Of a stretch of 64,000 nucleotides of DNA, positions 1 to 12,888 are shown piece after piece. Every line of letters starts with the position of its first letter. Positions within the stretch are counted from its first letter, which is position 1. The position numbers and the translations under genes were made by a program. The notes under the pieces were generated by a model. It did no database searches, was not told the DNA's origin, and saw only the letters and a program-made list of their open reading frames with translations. The stretch is from IMG/VR virus record IMGVR_UViG_3300044632_001319; one strand, given 5' to 3'. The DNA comes from a virus.

Positions 1-1
1 T

Positions 2-349
2 GATGATGTTATTGGATTTTTAAATTCTTGTTTGGTAAAACAACCAAATATGATTTTAAATGTTTGTACTGGTAAAACAATAACAGTTCGAGATATAGTT
101 GATATTGTTAGAAAGACTTTAAATGTAAAAATCGAACCAATATACAGAGATGCAACAATGTTGTGGGATTCATATCCAGAATTATTTTCTGGCAATTATT
201 CTCTGTCGAAAGATGTGGTATTCAGTGAAACTAATAAAGTATGTAGAGGATCAAATCTTCTAGCACAACAAATACTCGGATGGAAACCTAGTATTGAGAT
301 CGATGAATCCATACAACAAACAGTCTTAAAAATTAAGGATAATATATGA
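2..349 (+). CDS. NAD-dependent epimerase/dehydratase, C-terminal part (5' truncated by window)
   Basis: Frame is open from position 2 (DDVIGFLNSC...NVCTGKTITVRDIV...LGWKPSIEIDESI), typical of an extended-SDR C-terminus. Confidence 0.7.
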   Translation, partial: DDVIGFLNSCLVKQPNMILNVCTGKTITVRDIVDIVRKTLNVKIEPIYRDATMLWDSYPELFSGNYSLSKDVVFSETNKVCRGSNLLAQQILGWKPSIEIDESIQQTVLKIKDNI

Positions 350-412
350 ACATTGATACTGTTGTATGGTTGATTATTCATCAAATTCTAGTCCAAATGC
401 TGATGTTGTCTT

Positions 413-420
413 TATAAATA
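413..420 (+). promoter_or_regulatory. T4-type late promoter TATAAATA
   Basis: Exact consensus, 20 nt upstream of the ORF at 441. Confidence 0.7.
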
Positions 421-440
421 CAAGAAAGGAATTATAGAAT

Positions 441-1073
441 ATGAATTTTAACCGTGATCATGGAACAGCGATTCCAAAAAATGATTTCAATCAAAATATT
501 GATTGTGAAAGCATAAAGAATGTTAATACTAGAATTTTGGGTGGCGGTGCTTCTCAAAATTTTGTTGCATTTAAACTTCTAGAAAACTACATTGCATATG
601 AAAAACCAGAATATGTAGTTGAAATTGGTTCACAAAAAGGTGGTCTATCCGTATATCTTGGAACTATTGCATGTGTAGCTGAACAATTTTTATTTCACAC
701 ATTTGATATCACCAAATCAGATTGGAATAATAGAGCTCATGAAGGTGCTGGACATTGGTTTGAAAAAATGGAATCAATCTGTCCATTTTGTAAATCATTC
801 GAATCTGATATATTCTCAGAATATTCTTATAATTTGATCTTTGAGAATATTAAAAAATATAAAACTTTAATTATATGTGATGGGGGAAATAAAGCTAAAG
901 AAGTTTATATGTATTCTTCTTTACTTAAGAGTGGTGATATGATTATGGCGCATGATTTTGGACATGAAATTTTTGACCAAAATATCAATTATAACATATT
1001 ACAACCACATGAACCATTTAATCAAAGATTTATTGATAATAAGACTTTATTTAAAACATTTGTGAGAATATAA
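441..1073 (+). CDS. Class I SAM-dependent methyltransferase (CmcI/Methyltransf_24-like)
   Basis: VVEIGSQKGG motif I, ICDG, LKSGDMIMAHD. Confidence 0.65.
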   Translation: MNFNRDHGTAIPKNDFNQNIDCESIKNVNTRILGGGASQNFVAFKLLENYIAYEKPEYVVEIGSQKGGLSVYLGTIACVAEQFLFHTFDITKSDWNNRAHEGAGHWFEKMESICPFCKSFESDIFSEYSYNLIFENIKKYKTLIICDGGNKAKEVYMYSSLLKSGDMIMAHDFGHEIFDQNINYNILQPHEPFNQRFIDNKTLFKTFVRI

Positions 1074-1660
1074 TGAATATTGATTTTGAACTAAAAACCC
1101 ATTGGTTGTGGGAACATATTTGGGGAAATACAAATCGACCAGATTGGAAAATGCCAAACATATTTTGTCATATTTTATTTAAATATGCTAATGATATTGG
1201 AAGATTGTCTAACATAAATCATGCAATTGAAACTGGAACTTATGAGGGAAATAGTTCTATTTGTTTTTCTTATTTATTCGAAACGGTTGACACCATAGAA
1301 AAATATCCAGATCATAATCCGTATAAACACAAATCATTAATTTCCATTCACAATGATATTAAAAATACAAATCCAAATATTAATTTTCATTATGGAAATA
1401 GTCCAGATCATATGAGAGAAATTTTTATTAAAAATCCAGATACTGATTATTTTATCCTATTAGATGCTCATACTGGCAGGGAATCTCCTGTCATGGAAGA
1501 GTTAAAATGTATAAAGGATTATAGTAATAGTAATAATCATGTAATAATGATTGATGATTGTAATACAATTTCTGTAGATTATGATAAAGTTCTTGAAATA
1601 AATCCAAAATACAATATCATACATACTGGTATTGGAAGTGACATAGTTTTAATTTATTGA
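1073..1660 (+). CDS. Class I SAM-dependent methyltransferase-like protein
   Basis: IETGTYEGNS, ILLDAH and VIMIDD motifs. Confidence 0.6.
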   Translation: MNIDFELKTHWLWEHIWGNTNRPDWKMPNIFCHILFKYANDIGRLSNINHAIETGTYEGNSSICFSYLFETVDTIEKYPDHNPYKHKSLISIHNDIKNTNPNINFHYGNSPDHMREIFIKNPDTDYFILLDAHTGRESPVMEELKCIKDYSNSNNHVIMIDDCNTISVDYDKVLEINPKYNIIHTGIGSDIVLIY

Positions 1661-1670
1661 GGCAAATATT

Positions 1671-2690
1671 ATGAAAAAGATTCTTGTACTTGGCGGTGGT
1701 GGTTTTATCGGTTCTCATCTTGTAAAACGATTCAAGAGAGAAGGTCATTGGGTAAGAGTTGTTGATCTTAAATATCCAGAATTTTCAAAATCTCCAGCAG
1801 ATGATTTTATCATAGGAGATTTGAGACTACAACAAATTTGTGATAAGGCATTTGATATTCAGTTTGATGAAGTTTATCAACTAGCAGCAGATATGGGTGG
1901 TGCTGGTTATATTTTCACAGGAGAGCACGATGCTGATATCATGCATAATTCTGCTCTTATTAATTTAAATGTCGTAGAGCGATGCCATAAGACTAAAGTG
2001 GGAAAGGTTTTCTACTCGTCTTCGGCATGTATGTATCCAGCATACAATCAAGAAGATCCTGACAACCCCAAATGCTCGGAGGAGTCTGCATATCCAGCAG
2101 CACCAGATAGCGAGTATGGTTGGGAAAAACTATTCAGCGAAAGACTATATCTCGCATATGCTCGCAATCACGGAATGAGGGTTAGAATTGCTCGTTATCA
2201 CAACATCTTTGGACCAGAAGGAACATGGCAGGGTGGAAAAGAAAAAGCACCAGCAGCAATGTGTAGAAAGGTAGCAGAAGCAAATAATAGTTCAATGATT
2301 GAGGTATGGGGAGATGGACAACAAACACGATCATTCTTATACATCGATGACTGTATTGATGCTACAATTCGACTTATGAATTCAGATTGTACAGTTCCAG
2401 TTAATATTGGTTCTGAGGAAATGATCAAGATTAATGATCTGGCAGAAATGGCAATTGAAATATCTGGAAAAAATATTGATATTAAAAATGTAAAGGGACC
2501 AGTTGGGGTTCGTGGAAGAAATTCAGATAATAAATTATTTAATAGAATGGTTGGATCTCCAAATTATCGTTCACTTCGTGTTGGTATGGAAACAACCTAT
2601 GATTGGATAGAAACACAAGTTTTAAATCGAAATAAAAAAGAATATTGTAGTTCTGCTCAAATGGATGTAGAAGACCGTTTTCGTAGATGA
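1671..2690 (+). CDS. GDP-mannose 3,5-epimerase-like NAD-dependent epimerase
   Basis: GGGGFIG Rossmann motif, QLAADMGGAGYI, YGWEK (YxxxK), GGKEKAPAA, GPVGVRGRNSDN. Confidence 0.85.
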   Translation: MKKILVLGGGGFIGSHLVKRFKREGHWVRVVDLKYPEFSKSPADDFIIGDLRLQQICDKAFDIQFDEVYQLAADMGGAGYIFTGEHDADIMHNSALINLNVVERCHKTKVGKVFYSSSACMYPAYNQEDPDNPKCSEESAYPAAPDSEYGWEKLFSERLYLAYARNHGMRVRIARYHNIFGPEGTWQGGKEKAPAAMCRKVAEANNSSMIEVWGDGQQTRSFLYIDDCIDATIRLMNSDCTVPVNIGSEEMIKINDLAEMAIEISGKNIDIKNVKGPVGVRGRNSDNKLFNRMVGSPNYRSLRVGMETTYDWIETQVLNRNKKEYCSSAQMDVEDRFRR

Positions 2691-2860
2691 AAAAGAATAA
2701 TAAAATTTACTACTTGATTGGATATCTTGACGGGTATCCAATTATTTCTATACCAACCTATAAGAAACAATTCAATAGAAATAAATTAATAAAAAATTAT
2801 TCTCTAGATAAAAATGTTAAATTTAAAATACAAACTAAAGATGTTTTTATTGGTTGGTAA
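2687..2860 (+). CDS. Small hypothetical protein, 57 aa (MKKNNKIYYLIGYLDGYP...)
   Basis: ATGA overlap with the upstream stop; fills the gap; below the ORF-track cutoff. Confidence 0.45.
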   Translation: MKKNNKIYYLIGYLDGYPIISIPTYKKQFNRNKLIKNYSLDKNVKFKIQTKDVFIGW

Positions 2861-2878
2861 ACTTATAAGGACTATAAT

Positions 2879-3484
2879 ATGACTTGGAAAAATTCACAAG
2901 GCGGATACTCACAATATGGAGAAGATTTAATCTTAAAAGAAATATTATCAGAAAATGGATATTTTTTAGAAATAGGTTCTTTTTGTCCATTTATATTTTC
3001 AAATACAAGATTTTTAGTGGATCGTGGATGGGGTGGATGCTATGTAGATGGATGTTCATTTGCTATTGGACGTTTTATTCAAGAATATAAAGATAATGAC
3101 AAAATTAAAATTGTACAGGCACTCATAGGAGATGCTGACAGATTTATCAAATTTTATAATAGTATTACTGATGCAATTTCGTCTACAGATATAAATCATG
3201 CTGATAAATGGAAAAAAAGTGGTTCTCAATTCAGAGAAGTCTATACTGTTATGATTAGTATGAATACATTACAAACTATTTTACCACCTGTTATTGATTT
3301 TATCAACATTGATGTTGAAGGACAAAGTGCTTATCTTTCTACATTGATAAATTATGATCAATTACAAACTAAAGTTGTTTGTATAGAACATGATAATTCA
3401 ATTGATATGATTAATTCTTATATGAGTAAATTTAATTTTACAGTTCATTATACAAATGCTACAAATATAATCTATAAGAGATAA
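2879..3484 (+). CDS. FkbM-family methyltransferase
   Basis: YSQYGED, FLEIG, SNT..L...GWGG, IDFINIDVEG, VVCIEH. Confidence 0.8.
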   Translation: MTWKNSQGGYSQYGEDLILKEILSENGYFLEIGSFCPFIFSNTRFLVDRGWGGCYVDGCSFAIGRFIQEYKDNDKIKIVQALIGDADRFIKFYNSITDAISSTDINHADKWKKSGSQFREVYTVMISMNTLQTILPPVIDFINIDVEGQSAYLSTLINYDQLQTKVVCIEHDNSIDMINSYMSKFNFTVHYTNATNIIYKR

Positions 3485-3528
3485 AACTATTTTATAAATT
3501 AACCTAAATACAATAAAGGATTTATACA

Positions 3529-4740
3529 ATGAAACCAAAACTAACACTCTGCATGATCGTCAAGAATGAATCTCATATTATTCATGAGTGTCTTGAATCT
3601 ATTTACAAGTATATTGATTATTGGGTAGTATCAGATACTGGTTCTACAGACGGAACACAAGACATCATAAGAAAGTTTTTTGAGTCAAAGGGAATTCCTG
3701 GCGAAATTCACCAAGACGAATGGAAAAACTTTGGACATAATCGCACGTTAGCATTAAATCATTGCCAAGGCAAAGCAGAATATGCGTGGATGATCGACGC
3801 AGATGATAAGGTAGAAGGAAATTTTAAGTTTCCAGAAAATCCAGATGGTGATGCATATGTTGTAAGAATGGGAAGAGAAGACTTTTCTTGGTGGAGAACC
3901 CAGATATTCAAGGTAGATTCTAAGTGGGAATATCGTGGTGTTCTTCATGAATATCCATCATGCACGACAAACGATAAACCAGTATTGGTTAAAATCGAAG
4001 GAAAGTACAACATCAATGCGAGAACGCTTGGTGCAAGAAATGTTGGTATTACTGTCATTGAGAAGTACAAGAAAGATGCTGAACTCCTAGAGAAAGCATT
4101 GATTGATGAACCTACAAATACCAGATATCAGTTTTATCTTGCACAATCGTATTTTGATTCTCAGCAATGGGAAAAGGCAATTGAAGCATATATGAGAAGA
4201 GCACAATCTGGTGGATGGCCTGAGGAAGTTTATTATTCATTGTATAGAATTGCAATTTGCCGTGCAATGTTAGATAGACCATGGTCGGAGATTCAAGCAT
4301 CGTTTCTTGATGCATACAACTATCGACCAATTCGTGCAGAACCACTAATTCATATCGCACAAGCACTGAGAACAAAATTTGATCAACCAGCAGCAGCATT
4401 TGTTTTTGCTAGAATCGCAGCAGAAATACCATTCCCAACAACTGAGATCTTGTTTGTTCCTGATCTGTTATATCGATTTACTGCTCTTGATGAATTGGGT
4501 GCTGTTGCTCATGCTGCTGGAAGACCAGAACTTGGATATCTTGCATGTAAAAAACTGCTAGAAGATGGTCGTGTTCCAGAGGAACACCTGACAAGAGTTC
4601 AAAATAATTACAAACATTACCAAACAATCATGCAGAAACTAGCAGAAGAGAAAATGAAGTTAGAAGCAGCAAGTACAAAAGTAGTCGATGTTATCAAAAA
4701 ACCTAAAAAGTTTAAAGATAAAAAGAAATTAAAAAACTAA
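3529..4740 (+). CDS. GT2 glycosyltransferase with TPR repeats
   Basis: LTLCMIVKNE, DTGSTDGT, IDADD, GVLHE, then TPR-like RYQFYLAQSY helices. Confidence 0.85.
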   Translation: MKPKLTLCMIVKNESHIIHECLESIYKYIDYWVVSDTGSTDGTQDIIRKFFESKGIPGEIHQDEWKNFGHNRTLALNHCQGKAEYAWMIDADDKVEGNFKFPENPDGDAYVVRMGREDFSWWRTQIFKVDSKWEYRGVLHEYPSCTTNDKPVLVKIEGKYNINARTLGARNVGITVIEKYKKDAELLEKALIDEPTNTRYQFYLAQSYFDSQQWEKAIEAYMRRAQSGGWPEEVYYSLYRIAICRAMLDRPWSEIQASFLDAYNYRPIRAEPLIHIAQALRTKFDQPAAAFVFARIAAEIPFPTTEILFVPDLLYRFTALDELGAVAHAAGRPELGYLACKKLLEDGRVPEEHLTRVQNNYKHYQTIMQKLAEEKMKLEAASTKVVDVIKKPKKFKDKKKLKN

Positions 4741-4748
4741 TATAAATA
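4741..4748 (+). promoter_or_regulatory. T4-type late promoter TATAAATA
   Basis: Exact consensus directly upstream of the structural gene cluster. Confidence 0.75.
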
Positions 4749-4764
4749 ATGCTATAGAGAAACT

Positions 4765-6093
4765 ATGGCATTTCCAATAGATCCAGTTCAAGGCGCCACA
4801 CACGACAACAATGGTCGTGTGTGGTTATTTAATGGGTATGGGTGGGAAAGATATGATCCTGCTGATGCAACCTCAGCTGAGGTTTATTCTATAAATGGAA
4901 TTACTGGTGCTATCGGTTTGTCTGCTGGTCAAGATGTTTCTATATCGATAACAGGAAAAACATTCACCATTTCATCAGAAACGCTTTATGGTGTTTCTGG
5001 AAGTATTTACGCATCTAATCTGGCAACTGGTCTTTTGCACGGTGGAATCATAAGCATTAATGCTGGAAATACTGCAACATTCAACATAACTGCTGGTAGA
5101 GGACAAATACATGCTTCAGGGTCATCTTATACTTTAGATCCAGTACCAACATTAAATTATGTGTCATGGCCTGGACAAACAGGTGTTGCGGTTACAAACT
5201 TAGCAACATCTGACACAACTTGGTTATATATTGATGGTTCTGGTACATTACAACAAAGAACAGAATATTATACAGATCAGCAGGTAGAAGAAACCATTAT
5301 AATTGGTCAGTTGGTGCATCCATCTAGAACCTTTATAAATTTAGCAAGAACCAATCCAAATGTTGCTTATGCCACCGACAAGCAGTACGAGCAATTTATA
5401 CGAGCATTCGGTCCAATTAAGATATCTGGTCATACCATAAGCGCAAATGGTGCAAATTTAAAATTAAACAGATCTTCTGGTAAGGCATTTAGTCTTGGAA
5501 GAAATTGGATCAATGATAGTGACGATCCGAGTGTAGTTTCAGATAATGCTTATACCGATTGTATATTTTTTAGATATTATAGAGGTGCTACTGCTGGTAC
5601 GTTCGTAACTGTCCCAAACCAAACAGTAATAGATCCAACACATTATGATAATGGTTCTGGTACATTACAATCAGTTCCTGGTGGTAAATACACCATTCAA
5701 AGAATATTTTATTATCCAAACACACCAACGTTACTTGGTGTTTATTATGGAAGAACTACTTATATCAGTATTGCAGAAGCAGCAGCAAATATCAATCTAG
5801 AAGAATTTAGCGAGATTGAAAACACAAAAACAAATGCTGTATTTGCTGCATATTTAATAGTTAAAGGCAATGCAACAAGTCTTCTGAATACATCAGATGC
5901 TCTTATAATACAAGCGGGAAGTTTTAGAAGCACTTCTAGTGGTGGTGGTTCGGTATCTCTAACATTAGATGATTTGACAGATGTTATTATAACTGGAGCA
6001 TGTGGTAATGATGTTTTATATTATGATTCAACTGCTAATTCGTGGATAAATAAATCAGTAAATGCATTAACCATCGATGGTGGATTATACTAG
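4765..6093 (+). CDS. Virion structural/fibre-like protein
   Basis: MAFP...W.F.G..W N-terminal module, VYSINGITG repeat, LDDLTDV motif, C-terminal IDGGLY; G/T/S-rich. Confidence 0.6.
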   Translation: MAFPIDPVQGATHDNNGRVWLFNGYGWERYDPADATSAEVYSINGITGAIGLSAGQDVSISITGKTFTISSETLYGVSGSIYASNLATGLLHGGIISINAGNTATFNITAGRGQIHASGSSYTLDPVPTLNYVSWPGQTGVAVTNLATSDTTWLYIDGSGTLQQRTEYYTDQQVEETIIIGQLVHPSRTFINLARTNPNVAYATDKQYEQFIRAFGPIKISGHTISANGANLKLNRSSGKAFSLGRNWINDSDDPSVVSDNAYTDCIFFRYYRGATAGTFVTVPNQTVIDPTHYDNGSGTLQSVPGGKYTIQRIFYYPNTPTLLGVYYGRTTYISIAEAAANINLEEFSEIENTKTNAVFAAYLIVKGNATSLLNTSDALIIQAGSFRSTSSGGGSVSLTLDDLTDVIITGACGNDVLYYDSTANSWINKSVNALTIDGGLY

Positions 6094-6102
6094 GAGATTT
6101 CA

Positions 6103-6531
6103 ATGTCAGCAGCAAGATACGACATATATGCAGAACAAGGAACCACGTTTAAGTTATACTTCAATTGGAAGTTAAATGGTGTACCAGTTAATCTATCTGG
6201 TTATAGTGGCGATTTTCAAGTTAGAAGATCTTTAAAAGATGAAAAAGCATTATTATATGTCACCACAAATGGTGTAACTGGTGGCGGAATTACTGGAGAC
6301 TTTACTCCTGGAGTAAATGGAGTTCTTGGTGTTGGTGGAATAAGTTTCAATACTTCTATTAATGGAACTGGTGAAACTGGTGGTATATTGTTTAAAATTG
6401 ATGATGCCACAATGACTAGAGTAATTCCAGGTAAGCATTTTTATGATTTTAAAATCAAAAACACATCAGGCGATGTTAAGAGACTCATAGAAGGCACATT
6501 TGACATTTCAAAACAAATAACAAGAATTTAA
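6103..6531 (+). CDS. Small beta-sandwich virion/baseplate-associated protein
   Basis: [11 protein letters not shown]...PVNLSGY...YDFKI...RLIEGTF pattern, seen in phage fibre-adaptor proteins. Confidence 0.55.
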   Translation: MSAARYDIYAEQGTTFKLYFNWKLNGVPVNLSGYSGDFQVRRSLKDEKALLYVTTNGVTGGGITGDFTPGVNGVLGVGGISFNTSINGTGETGGILFKIDDATMTRVIPGKHFYDFKIKNTSGDVKRLIEGTFDISKQITRI

Positions 6532-6532
6532 A

Positions 6533-8661
<2,129 letters not shown>

Positions 8662-8662
<1 letters not shown>

Positions 8663-9807
8663 TGGCATTAACAAACGGATTCCAATTACCATTCGGTATA
8701 CAACCAGTAAACCCACTGCCAGTAGACAGTTGGTCTGGTCCGTATACTGGTGGCACTATTGCCGAAGCACTTACAGCAGCAAATACTTCTATTCCAAGTG
8801 CAATTCGTTTTCAATCAATGGAAGTTCGTATTATTGTTGGTGGTGAGTCATACAAGTATTGGTATCGCGATGGAATTACCGACTCTAATCTTGTAGAGTT
8901 TGCTTCCACTTCTTCTGGAATTTCTGGACCTTATGTTTCAAAAATAAATGGATTTACTGGTGGTATTACATTTGCTGGTGGAACTGGAATAGGATTAACT
9001 TATTTAAACAATATTTTTACCTATTCAAATACTGGTGTGCTTTCTGTTACTGGAACTGGTGGATTAACTGCAAGTCCAACCACTGGTGTAGGAAATGTCA
9101 GTGTATCTCTCGAACCAGGTTACAAATTATTAAGATCATACCCTGATGTTACTGCTTTAAACAATTCACCAAACCCACAGGATGGTGATCTAGCATGGGT
9201 CGTTAATGATGGAAATGGTTTTGGTGGATATTATTATTATACTACTGCATTAAGTCCAAATGCATGGGTTAAGATGTCTTTATTATCTAATGCCTTTCTA
9301 GGAGATGTAAATCTAGATGGAACAGTTGATGGTGTTGACTTAGCAGTTATTTTGAACAGTTGGGGAATTCTTGGAACAAATCCGAGTTTAAATTTTGGTG
9401 TTAGTGATGGTATAGCTGGAGCATTTAAAGTTTATGCTTATGGTGCGACACTAGGCAAAAAGGCAGATATATTAAGAATTGCTACAGATAGTGCTCTTTC
9501 GACCGTAAGTATAAATTCAGAAACATTGACAATTGATGCGTATACTTCCATATATGGGGATGGAACTACTTCACTAGAACTTATAAACGGTGGATTAAAA
9601 TTTTCTGATGGAACTACCCAAGGAACAGCACCCCAACTAAAAACTATAAATGGATGTACTGGTAATATTGGAATAACTGGAACCCCAAACGAGGTTGAAA
9701 TTACCACAAGTTGCCCATCTATTCAAATAGGACTGCCCAATGATGTCGTAATATCGGGTTCTTTAAGGGTAAACGGAAGCATATATATAGATGGCGGAAC
9801 TTTTTAA
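8662..9807 (+). CDS. Virion fibre-like protein with a dockerin/EF-hand-like motif
   Basis: VSKINGFTG and KTINGCTG repeats, GDVNLDGTVDGVDLAVILNSWG (9301-9366), C-terminal IDGGTF. Confidence 0.6.
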
Positions 9808-9829
9808 AGGAATTATAAAGGAATTATAA

Positions 9830-11497
9830 ATGTCAACTATTAAAATTAAAAGAACAAGTGGGTCTACCACTCCAACAGGACTTACCTTTGGTGAACTTGC
9901 GTATGTCCAAGGTATCAAATCAATCTATATCGGTCAGACTGCGGGTGATCCTGCACTTCGAATAGGTGCTGAAGTTGACACATCTACCGCACTGGGAACC
10001 AGTGATAATAAAATTCCATCACAGAATGCAGTAAAAACATATGTGGATTCTATTGTAACTGGCGGTGCTGGTCTTGTAACTGACATAAATGGTGTTACTG
10101 GTGCTGTACAACTAGTTGCTGGAACTGGTATTTTTATAGCATCTGCTGCTGGTAAAAACATCAATATTAGTAACAGTGGTGTACAGAGTCTCACTGGAAC
10201 TTCCAATCAAATTTCTGTAAGTGGATCTACTGGTGCTGTCACTCTTTCTCTTCCATCCACTGTAACTGTTCCTGGTTCATTGAATGTCACCACAGACCTT
10301 ACAGTCACTGGTAATCTTACGGTAAATGGTACATCAACCACAGTCAATAGCAATACTATGACTGTTGACGATCCAATTATAGTTCTTGGTACATCTGGTG
10401 GTGTTCCAATTTCAGCATCTGATGGTGGTAAATCAAGAGGTGTGGCATTTACTTATTATGATGATGGAAACACAATAGGTAAAACTGGATTTTTTGGATT
10501 CAGAATTCCTGGTCAAGGTGCGGTTTTTGGAGCATACGAACGTGTAAATATTTTAAATGATGCAACACAGGCTGGATCTACTCTTGCCATGATTGAAACT
10601 TATGGATTAAGCGTAAGAGCTAATCAAAATGTTAACACTCTTGGGAATCATGTATTTTCATCACTTTCAACTACAAATAATAAACAAGTTATCTTCGAAG
10701 ATCATACTGGTTATGTTCTAATTCCAAATACACTAGGAACTTCTGGTTATATTATTAAGTCGAATGGTGGAACATCACAACCAACATGGATTGACGCAAG
10801 TGCAGCTGGATTTACTGCATATGCCGCGACTCGTCTGACACCTGGAGCTACGATTGCTCTTTCTGGTGATGTTACCGCAACTGGAGTTACCTTTGACGGT
10901 AGTGGAAATATAACACTTACCACAACCATAGCTGCAAACTCGGTTGCACTTGGCACTGATACAACTGGTGATTACGTTGCCGCAGTTGCTGTATCTGGAA
11001 TAGGACTTTCAGTTGCTGGTTCTGGAGAGAATGCAACTTATACAGTTACGTCTGGAGCAACATCAAACAACGTTGTCTCTCAAATAGTTGCAAGAGATGC
11101 ATCTGGTAATTTCTCTGCTGGAACAATTACCGCAGCACTTACTGGAAATGCTTCAACAGCATCAACCCTACAGACAGCAAGATCAATTGGACTTACTGGA
11201 GATGTAAGTGGATCTGCATCATTCAACGGATCTGCTGACATTAATATCACCGCGACCATAGCAGCAAATTCTGTTGCTCTTGGAACTGATACGACTGGAA
11301 ATTATGTTGCAACTCTATCTACCTCCAGCACTGGTCTTACAGTAGCAAATTCTGGAGCAGAGTCTGCCGCTGTCACTGTAAACTTTGCCACTATAACTAG
11401 CGGTCTAAATATGGGAACATTTAGTTTTGCTTCTGGAGAATTCACTAATAGTAGTGGTACTATATCTCTTGGAACGGTTGATGGTGGATCTTATTAA
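9830..11497 (+). CDS. Tail fibre protein with Mtd-N-like N-terminus
   Basis: IKIKR...P..L..GELAY N-terminus; repeated LSGDV.G...F.GS.NI...TIAANSVALGTDTTG(D/N)YVA; C-terminal VDGGSY. Confidence 0.7.
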   Translation: MSTIKIKRTSGSTTPTGLTFGELAYVQGIKSIYIGQTAGDPALRIGAEVDTSTALGTSDNKIPSQNAVKTYVDSIVTGGAGLVTDINGVTGAVQLVAGTGIFIASAAGKNINISNSGVQSLTGTSNQISVSGSTGAVTLSLPSTVTVPGSLNVTTDLTVTGNLTVNGTSTTVNSNTMTVDDPIIVLGTSGGVPISASDGGKSRGVAFTYYDDGNTIGKTGFFGFRIPGQGAVFGAYERVNILNDATQAGSTLAMIETYGLSVRANQNVNTLGNHVFSSLSTTNNKQVIFEDHTGYVLIPNTLGTSGYIIKSNGGTSQPTWIDASAAGFTAYAATRLTPGATIALSGDVTATGVTFDGSGNITLTTTIAANSVALGTDTTGDYVAAVAVSGIGLSVAGSGENATYTVTSGATSNNVVSQIVARDASGNFSAGTITAALTGNASTASTLQTARSIGLTGDVSGSASFNGSADINITATIAANSVALGTDTTGNYVATLSTSSTGLTVANSGAESAAVTVNFATITSGLNMGTFSFASGEFTNSSGTISLGTVDGGSY

Positions 11498-11515
11498 TTA
11501 ATATAAAGGTAAATT

Positions 11516-11941
11516 ATGAATACTGTGAATTATCAAGAAACGATTGTTATTCCAACACTTCAAAAGAAACTTCAAGAATTGCAGATAAACAATCTGTTTC
11601 TGGAAGTTTCTTTATTGGTTGAACAGGCAAAAACAAAAGACATTGAAAATTATTACAAAAATCAAATTGGTCATGTTGATTCCATAAAAAATGAACTAGA
11701 TCAAAAAAATAATAGAATAACTGAATTAAAGACTCAAATCAGTTTAATTAATTCTGAAAACACCAGTAAAGATGCATTGATTCAAAAGTTAGAAAATGAT
11801 TTGAAACGAGAAACGAGTGTTCGTGAAAGTATTCATACTGAATATAACACTTTAAAGGGAAAGCACGATGTATTGGCAGCACAAGTCGAAGCATATCAAA
11901 CTTCTATAAATAATAAGAAGACTAAAGATAAGCAAGCATAA
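11516..11941 (+). CDS. Coiled-coil protein (possible fibre chaperone)
   Basis: Heptad-rich, Q/E/K-rich sequence between fibre genes. Confidence 0.5.
   Translation: MNTVNYQETIVIPTLQKKLQELQINNLFLEVSLLVEQAKTKDIENYYKNQIGHVDSIKNELDQKNNRITELKTQISLINSENTSKDALIQKLENDLKRETSVRESIHTEYNTLKGKHDVLAAQVEAYQTSINNKKTKDKQA
11905..11912 (+). promoter_or_regulatory. T4-type late promoter TATAAATA
   Basis: Exact consensus upstream of the ORF at 11944. Confidence 0.6.
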
Positions 11942-11943
11942 TC

Positions 11944-12888
11944 ATGGCAAAAATTAAGATCAAGAACTCAGTAACAGCAGGATCTGCTCCATCTGGATTA
12001 TCCTTTGGTGAAATGGCTGTTAACATTACTGATAAAAAGATCTTTATTGGAAATGCTGTAGAGGGTGTAGTTACTTTACACGATCAGAATAATGTAGTTA
12101 CTAGTATAGATGGTTCTACTGGTGCTATTCTAGGTGTTGCATATACACAAGCAGCAAATGTCTTTACATCGCTTCAAAGTTTTAATAATGGAATTTCAGC
12201 ATCTGCTGGTTCTTCATTCAATAGTGCCACTGTTTTTATCTCAAATCTGACAGCAAATGTTGATCCATTACATGTCCAGCATTCTTCTACTGGTGCTTTG
12301 AAAGTATCAACATCTGGTCAGGCAAGAGCTGGTGCTATTAAACTTGGAAATTCAACAACTTCAACATTTAATACATTTATCAATAATAGTGATGGTACTC
12401 TAACCTTCTACAACGGAATCAGTTCTACTGGTTCCAACATGATAAACTTCAATACCACCACAATGAATATATCACCCACAATCGCGGGTGCAACATTCAG
12501 TGCATTGATAACATCTACTTCTGGTATTTCTGCATCTGGTGGTATTACAACTGCTTCATATCTTTATGCTGAAAATGGATTTAGAGTTGGTTCTGGAGCA
12601 ATCAATTCACGAACTGGAACAACATACACTTTGCTCTCGACAGACAATGGTGAGATTATAGTTTGGAATACAAGTTCAGCAGGAACCTTGACCATTCCAT
12701 CTGGTCTTCCTGTTGGATTCAATGCCACTTTGATTCAAACAGGAACTGCTGCAATTGGCATCACTGGGTCTGGAACAACACTCAATAGTTTTGAAAACAA
12801 ACTAAATACAGCAGGACAACATGCTGCGGTAAGTATCATTTCCTACAGCAGCAATGTATTCAATGTTGCTGGAGGACTAACAGGATGA
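11944..12888 (+). CDS. Tail fibre-like protein with Mtd-N-like N-terminus
   Basis: KIKIKNS...PSGLSFGEMAVN, VTSIDGSTG, C-terminal TYTL..TDNG...LTIPSGLPVGF module. Confidence 0.65.
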   Translation: MAKIKIKNSVTAGSAPSGLSFGEMAVNITDKKIFIGNAVEGVVTLHDQNNVVTSIDGSTGAILGVAYTQAANVFTSLQSFNNGISASAGSSFNSATVFISNLTANVDPLHVQHSSTGALKVSTSGQARAGAIKLGNSTTSTFNTFINNSDGTLTFYNGISSTGSNMINFNTTTMNISPTIAGATFSALITSTSGISASGGITTASYLYAENGFRVGSGAINSRTGTTYTLLSTDNGEIIVWNTSSAGTLTIPSGLPVGFNATLIQTGTAAIGITGSGTTLNSFENKLNTAGQHAAVSIISYSSNVFNVAGGLTG